Source of the DNA: Lytechinus pictus
Lineage: Eukaryota
Length of the DNA: 64,000 nucleotides
NCBI RefSeq assembly: GCF_037042905.1
Contig: NC_087250.1
Location: 5,830,001 to 5,894,000, forward strand
Reading direction: 5' to 3'
Part shown: one piece after another, positions 27,301-33,300 of the stretch
How the letters are laid out: each line of letters opens with the position of its first letter
Numbering within the stretch: position 1 is the first letter of the stretch
Translations under genes and position numbers: made by a program
Notes under the pieces: generated by a model
The model's database searches: none
The model's input: only the letters and a program-made list of their open reading frames with translations
Told to the model about the DNA's origin: nothing

Positions 27301-30300
27301 CCCATAAGTTCGACAAGCACATCAGGACGTTTCCTTTTCTCGTGATAATTCCTCCCGAGGCTGCGTTCGATGTTAATGCACAGTATACCTACGAGTGTTC
27401 CACCCCCGTCGAGATAATACTCAAAGAAGACGATCTATACATGAAGATCGGTACCGATATGGCGACCTTTGTGTCAGTACCGCGTAAGTTTTGAATAATT
27501 CATTTTTATATTTCACAACAAAGCATAATAACATAATACAAAAAATACATTTCAAACAGTAGATTATGACAATCATGACAATGGCAGTTGTTAAAAGTGA
27601 AATATGAAGGAACCTACAAAACAACGCGGAGCCTGTAATTGAAATAAAATGAATTTATTTTCATACTTCACAACAAAACATAATGACATAATACAAAGAA
27701 AATACATTTGATACATACAGAATAGAGAAGATGATGACAATGGCAGTTAATAAAAAGTGAAATATGAAGGAACCTGCATAAAAAACAGAGCTTGTAATGT
27801 CTGCATGTTCCTTAAATCGTGCGCGAAATGTTATTGAAATGAATTGAATTTATTTTCATACTTCACAACAAAGCATAATGACATAATACAAACAAAAATG
27901 CATTTGATACATACAGAATAGAGAAGATGATGACAATGGCAGTTAATAAAAAGTGAAATATGAAGGAACCTGCATAAAAAACAGAGCTTGTAATGTCTGC
28001 ATGTTCCTTAAATCGTGCGCGAAATGTTATTGAAATGAATTGAATTTATTTTCATACTTCACAACAAAACATATAATAACAAAATAAATATACATTTGAT
28101 ACATACAGAATACAGAAGATGATGATAATGGCAGTTAATAAAAAGTGAAATATGAAGTAACCTGCATAAAAAGCAGAGCCTGTAATGTCTGCAGGTTCCT
28201 TAAATCGCGCGCCAAATGCTATCGCTGTACAGTCACATTGTTCTCATTCACTCATGTAAGTAAGTTTTGTAATTATACATGTATAATGAAACATGTTTAA
28301 ATAATGTATGTATATGTATAATCTTTTAGATAGTCATTACGGTCTGTTTTCTTTTTCAGGCTGTGCCATTCTCTCCTCCTTCAAATTTCTCTTCTTGTAT
28401 ATATTTCCATACTTGATACATTTTTTTTTCGTTCGTTTTTTCTCTCTTTCTTTTGCACTGTAAACAACTGAGAACACACTGTGAGCACACTGAGAACACA
28501 TTGAAAACACTGTGAACACACTATGAATACTCTTTGAACACACTGTGAACACAAAAATAACACATTTTGAGCACACTATGAGCACACTGTGAACACACTG
28601 AACAGACTGTGAACACAATGTGAACACACTATGAAAACATTGTGGACACACTGTGAAGACAAAATGAACACACTCTGAACACACTGTAAACACAATCTGA
28701 ACACGCTGTTAACACACTGAAAACACACTGTGAACACACTATGAATACTCTATGAACACACTGTGAACACAACAAATAACACATTGTGAACACACTATGA
28801 GCACACTGTGAACACACTAAACAGACTGTGAACACAATATGATCACACTATGAACATAATGTGAACATTGTGAACACACTGTATTCTTTCCAGTAGTTAA
28901 ATCGACAACCCTTGACATTTTTGTTTCCAATATACATAGTGTATGTTTATTCATTTTTATCCCTAGCTTTTACAGAACGTGTATCAATGACCTATAAAAT
29001 CATTTTGTGTTTTGCATTTTTAAGAACCGTTTGTAATAAAAAATACAGAAAATATCAGAGAATTTTTTAATTGATTTCATTTCACAGACAAATATTAGAT
29101 CAAAGTGATGTCCATGTTGTATTGGGTCGCGGATAACAGTTCTTCCCCATTGGAATTTTCTTCCATTTGATTATTTTTATCTGTTTTTTTGTGTGTGTAA
29201 TAATGAGCAGAATTCAACCTGCATGAATGCCCGGTTCTTCCTAAATTCCGTGAATTTTCATTACGCTTCTGTATTATTGAAAACCGGGCCGACTACTAGG
29301 CCTGTGTATTAATGTACAGATGAGAAAGAGAACGGGGCCTCCGGACCATCTTCCATCCCCTAAATTAAATTTAACAAAGAAAATGGAGAAAGAAATAAAA
29401 AATTAAAGGGAAAGAGTGAAATATTGTATATAATAGTCTGAATATTGTGTCAAGATCTATTACATTTATATATTAAAAAGGTCGGAATTATTTTTTTTCT
29501 TTTTAGAACTAGCCCTCACAAAAATGAACTGACCAATCAATATCAATGTTACACGGGCATTTGGTTTGAAATACTGACCAGGGACCAATCAGTGCTTTTA
29601 TTCATATTTGCATTTAATCGCAAACATTTGTAATAAGGAGCCCTGGCCTACAAATGTAACAGCAACATTCTATTTTTGTCTCGCCCACCAGAGGTGAAGG
29701 CGAGACTTAGGGATCCAAATGTCGTCCGTCCGTCACAAACCTAATGACACATATCTCCACAACCGTAAGTCGCTTTTCAACCAAACTTGGATGGTAGATG
29801 GACTTGGGGAACCTGCATGTTATGCTGCAGTCGGAGGTCACATGGTAAGGTCAAAGGTCATTTTCAGGTCAACATTAAAGTTTACGTGCAAGGATCTTAT
29901 GACAAGTGTTATTCCATCCCAGTCATTTCACAGTGAAGTTTCGATACAATTCTGTTGCGTGCCCTCGCAAATCGCAATATTTCTGGTTATTTTCATAAGT
30001 GGGCGAGACACAAAATCGCTTTTGCCTTGTTTTTACATATTTTTTTTTTTTCATTGTATTAGAAACTTTAACTCTGAACCGTTACAAAAGAATCGACGAA
30101 AATAATAAGGTCGGCGACGGGCCTGACGGGGGGATCCCAGTTGCCATTTCGACATCAACGCCGCCCTCCAACGTCGAGAGGGACGCCGAGCAGGGAAGCG
30201 ACGATTACGACCCAATGTGCGTCGAAGGCAACACCGAAGGTCCTTTAGGTGTAGTTGTAAGTTCTACTTCGTGTGAGCTCACACTAGATTAGAGCAACAT

Positions 30301-33300
30301 TAAGTCATTCGGTCGCCATTTTTTTTTGGCTTTCAATACAACCACTTCCAAACTTGTTACTTATCAGGCCAGAGTACCTTACACAAAGTCAGTTCATGCT
30401 ACATAAATGTGTTAAGCCCTACAAGTCTACCCGGCATCATCCAATTTTTGGGGTCTATTTTTTACCCCCTTTTTTCATCATTTTACATAGTGAATCAAAA
30501 TAACTTATTTTTTACAATGCCAGGCGATAATTGTATTTGATGATTCAAGTTGTATTTTTGTATTTACATTGCACGATTTGTATGTTTTTTGTTTTTTTTT
30601 GGCGGGGGGGGGGGCGAATAAGTCATAATAATAAGATGTTTTGAAATTTTCCTTACTCATTTCTTCGACTTTTAACTTGGACCCATGAATCAATAACTCG
30701 TTCTTTTTTTTCACCAACTCGTTTCAGCGAAGTACTAGTTTTACAACTTAACAACTCGTTCACTCAAGTTACTTAGTTTACATAACTCTCGACTTCCTAA
30801 CTCGTTCTCTCGATTTACTTACTCGCTCTCACGACTTACCAGCACGTTTTCCCGACTTACTAACTGGCTCTCCCGATTTACAAACTTGGTCTCCCAATTT
30901 CCTAACTCATTCTCTCCACTTTCTAACTCGTTCTTTCGACTTAACAACTCGTTCTCTCCACTTACTAACTCGTTATCATGGTTATCTCGACCTATATTGA
31001 CTCGTCCTCTTCTTACTTTACTTGTTCTCTCCACTTACCTAACTTGCTCTCTCGACTTTCCAACTCATTCTCTTGACTTGTTCTCTCGATTTACTTAACT
31101 CGCTCTCTCGACTCACTAACTCGTTATCTCGACCAACTGACTCGTTCTCTTGACTTACTTAACTTGTTCTCTCAATTTCATTACTCGTTCTCTTGACTTT
31201 AATACTAACTCGTTCACTCGACTTAGTAACTCATTCTCTCCATTAACTAACCGTTCTCCAAACTTTTGACTCGATCTAGACTCACTAATTCATTTTCTCG
31301 ACTTACTGATTCGTTCTCCCGACTTACACTAAAAAAAATTATTGGGTAAAAATGCTCCATGAGCATAATGAGTGTAATTATGTGTCCAACCAACATTGGC
31401 ATTTGATTTATCCAGTGTGATGAAAATTTTTCCCATTCTAACCTTACTGGACAATATGCTTCCCGCATTGGGTAAAATACTACCCCAAATTGGTAGGGCA
31501 CATAATTACCCTCGTGCTGGTTAAAATTTTACACAATATTTTTTACAGTGTACTACACTGTAAAAAAATGAAGTGCTAATTCAGGACTTACAGTGTTTGT
31601 ATAGTGACTGCACTACGAGTGCCGATTTTCTAGTTTAAATTTGAACTAGAAAATCAGCACTCGTATAGTGCAGTCACTTTACAAGCACTGTAAGTGCTAA
31701 CTTAGCACTTCATTTTTTACAGTGTACTATTTGTTCTTACAGGATTTACTGAGTTGCTTTCTTGACTTCCTAACTCGTTCCCGTGACGTACTAGTTCGGT
31801 CTCTCGACTTGCTAACTTGATCTTTCGATGTACTTTAATATTAAAGGTTTTTCCACCCTGGATGACGGAACCGGGCGAGATCCCACAGAATAACATGTTT
31901 TTCCTCACTAGTCTTGCTCCAAGAGGTGATGCTGTGTTCGAGGCTGCAAACACTACAGAAGGTATACCGAATTTATTGATGATGATGGTGGTGGTGGTGG
32001 TCATGATGATGATGATGATAATGATGATGATGGTGATGATGATGATTTTGATGAAGGTGACGATGATGGTGGTGGTGGTGATAATCATTATGATGAGGAT
32101 GATGGTGATGATGATTATGGAAGTGGTGATGATAATGATGACGGTGGTGATGATAATGATGACGGTGGTGATGATAACGATGACGGTGGTGATGATAATG
32201 ATGATTATGGTGGTGGTGATAATGATGGCGGAAATTATGATAATGATGGTGACGATGGTGATGATGAAGGTGTTGATGCTGATGACGGCGATAATGGTGA
32301 CATTGGCCATTAACATCCAATTCGTAGCATAACATGCATGGGGATAAGAAAAAAAAAATAATGATAATGAAAGGAGAGAATCCAACTTTGAACGTATAAT
32401 CTTCAGACAATACTTTGTTGATTAAATTAGAAGAAATGGAAGAAAAATTGAATAAAATTTATGATTTTGAAACAAAGGGCTTGATTACACGTTCCAGGGT
32501 AAAATGGATTGAAGAAGGAGAGAAAAGTACAAAATATTTCTGTAATTTAGAGAATAGGGGTTGGCATAAGAAAAATATTTCAAGGCTAAAAGATCATCAT
32601 GGTAATTTCATTACTGACCCGGTTGGAATTAAAAGAGAAATTCAAAGTTTTTATAGTAAATTATACTCCATCCAGGATGATGCTCAGGGGAACATAAATG
32701 AAAAAGATATAAATGAAAATATGTTTGATAACCTCAATATTCCACAACTACCTGATGATCAAAAACAACTTTTGGATGCTGGACTATCAAAACAAGAAAT
32801 TTTTAATGTCATTAAATCCATGAAATCAAATAAAACACCTGGTTTTGATGGGATACCTGCAGAATTTTATGTTGTTTTTTGGCCAGATATAAATGAAATG
32901 TTAATTAATTCTTTGAATTTCTCACTACAAAATGGCACTTTGTCTCCATCACAAAGAAATGGCATAATCACACTTCTTCCAAAGAAAGACAAAGATCCTC
33001 TCCTTATAAAAAATTATCGTCCAATTACATTATTGACAGTTGATTATAAAATTATTGCTAAATGCTTAGCTAATCGTCTCAAACGATGTTTAGATGATCT
33101 TATCAGTACTGATCAATCCGGTTTTATGAAAGGTAGGACTATTGGTCACAATATTCGCTTGATTCTTGACATAATTGAATACACTGACATGAAAGATATT
33201 CCTGGGTCTATAGTACTGTTAGATATTGAGAAAGCATTTGATAGTGTATCTCACAACTTTTTATTTCTTACATTGGAAAAGTTTAATTTCAGCAATTTTT

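Noticed and set aside
31717..32410. Poly-His, poly-Met and poly-Ile ORFs
   Set aside because: These are translations of a (gat)n microsatellite. Only 31847-31961 is treated as an exon.
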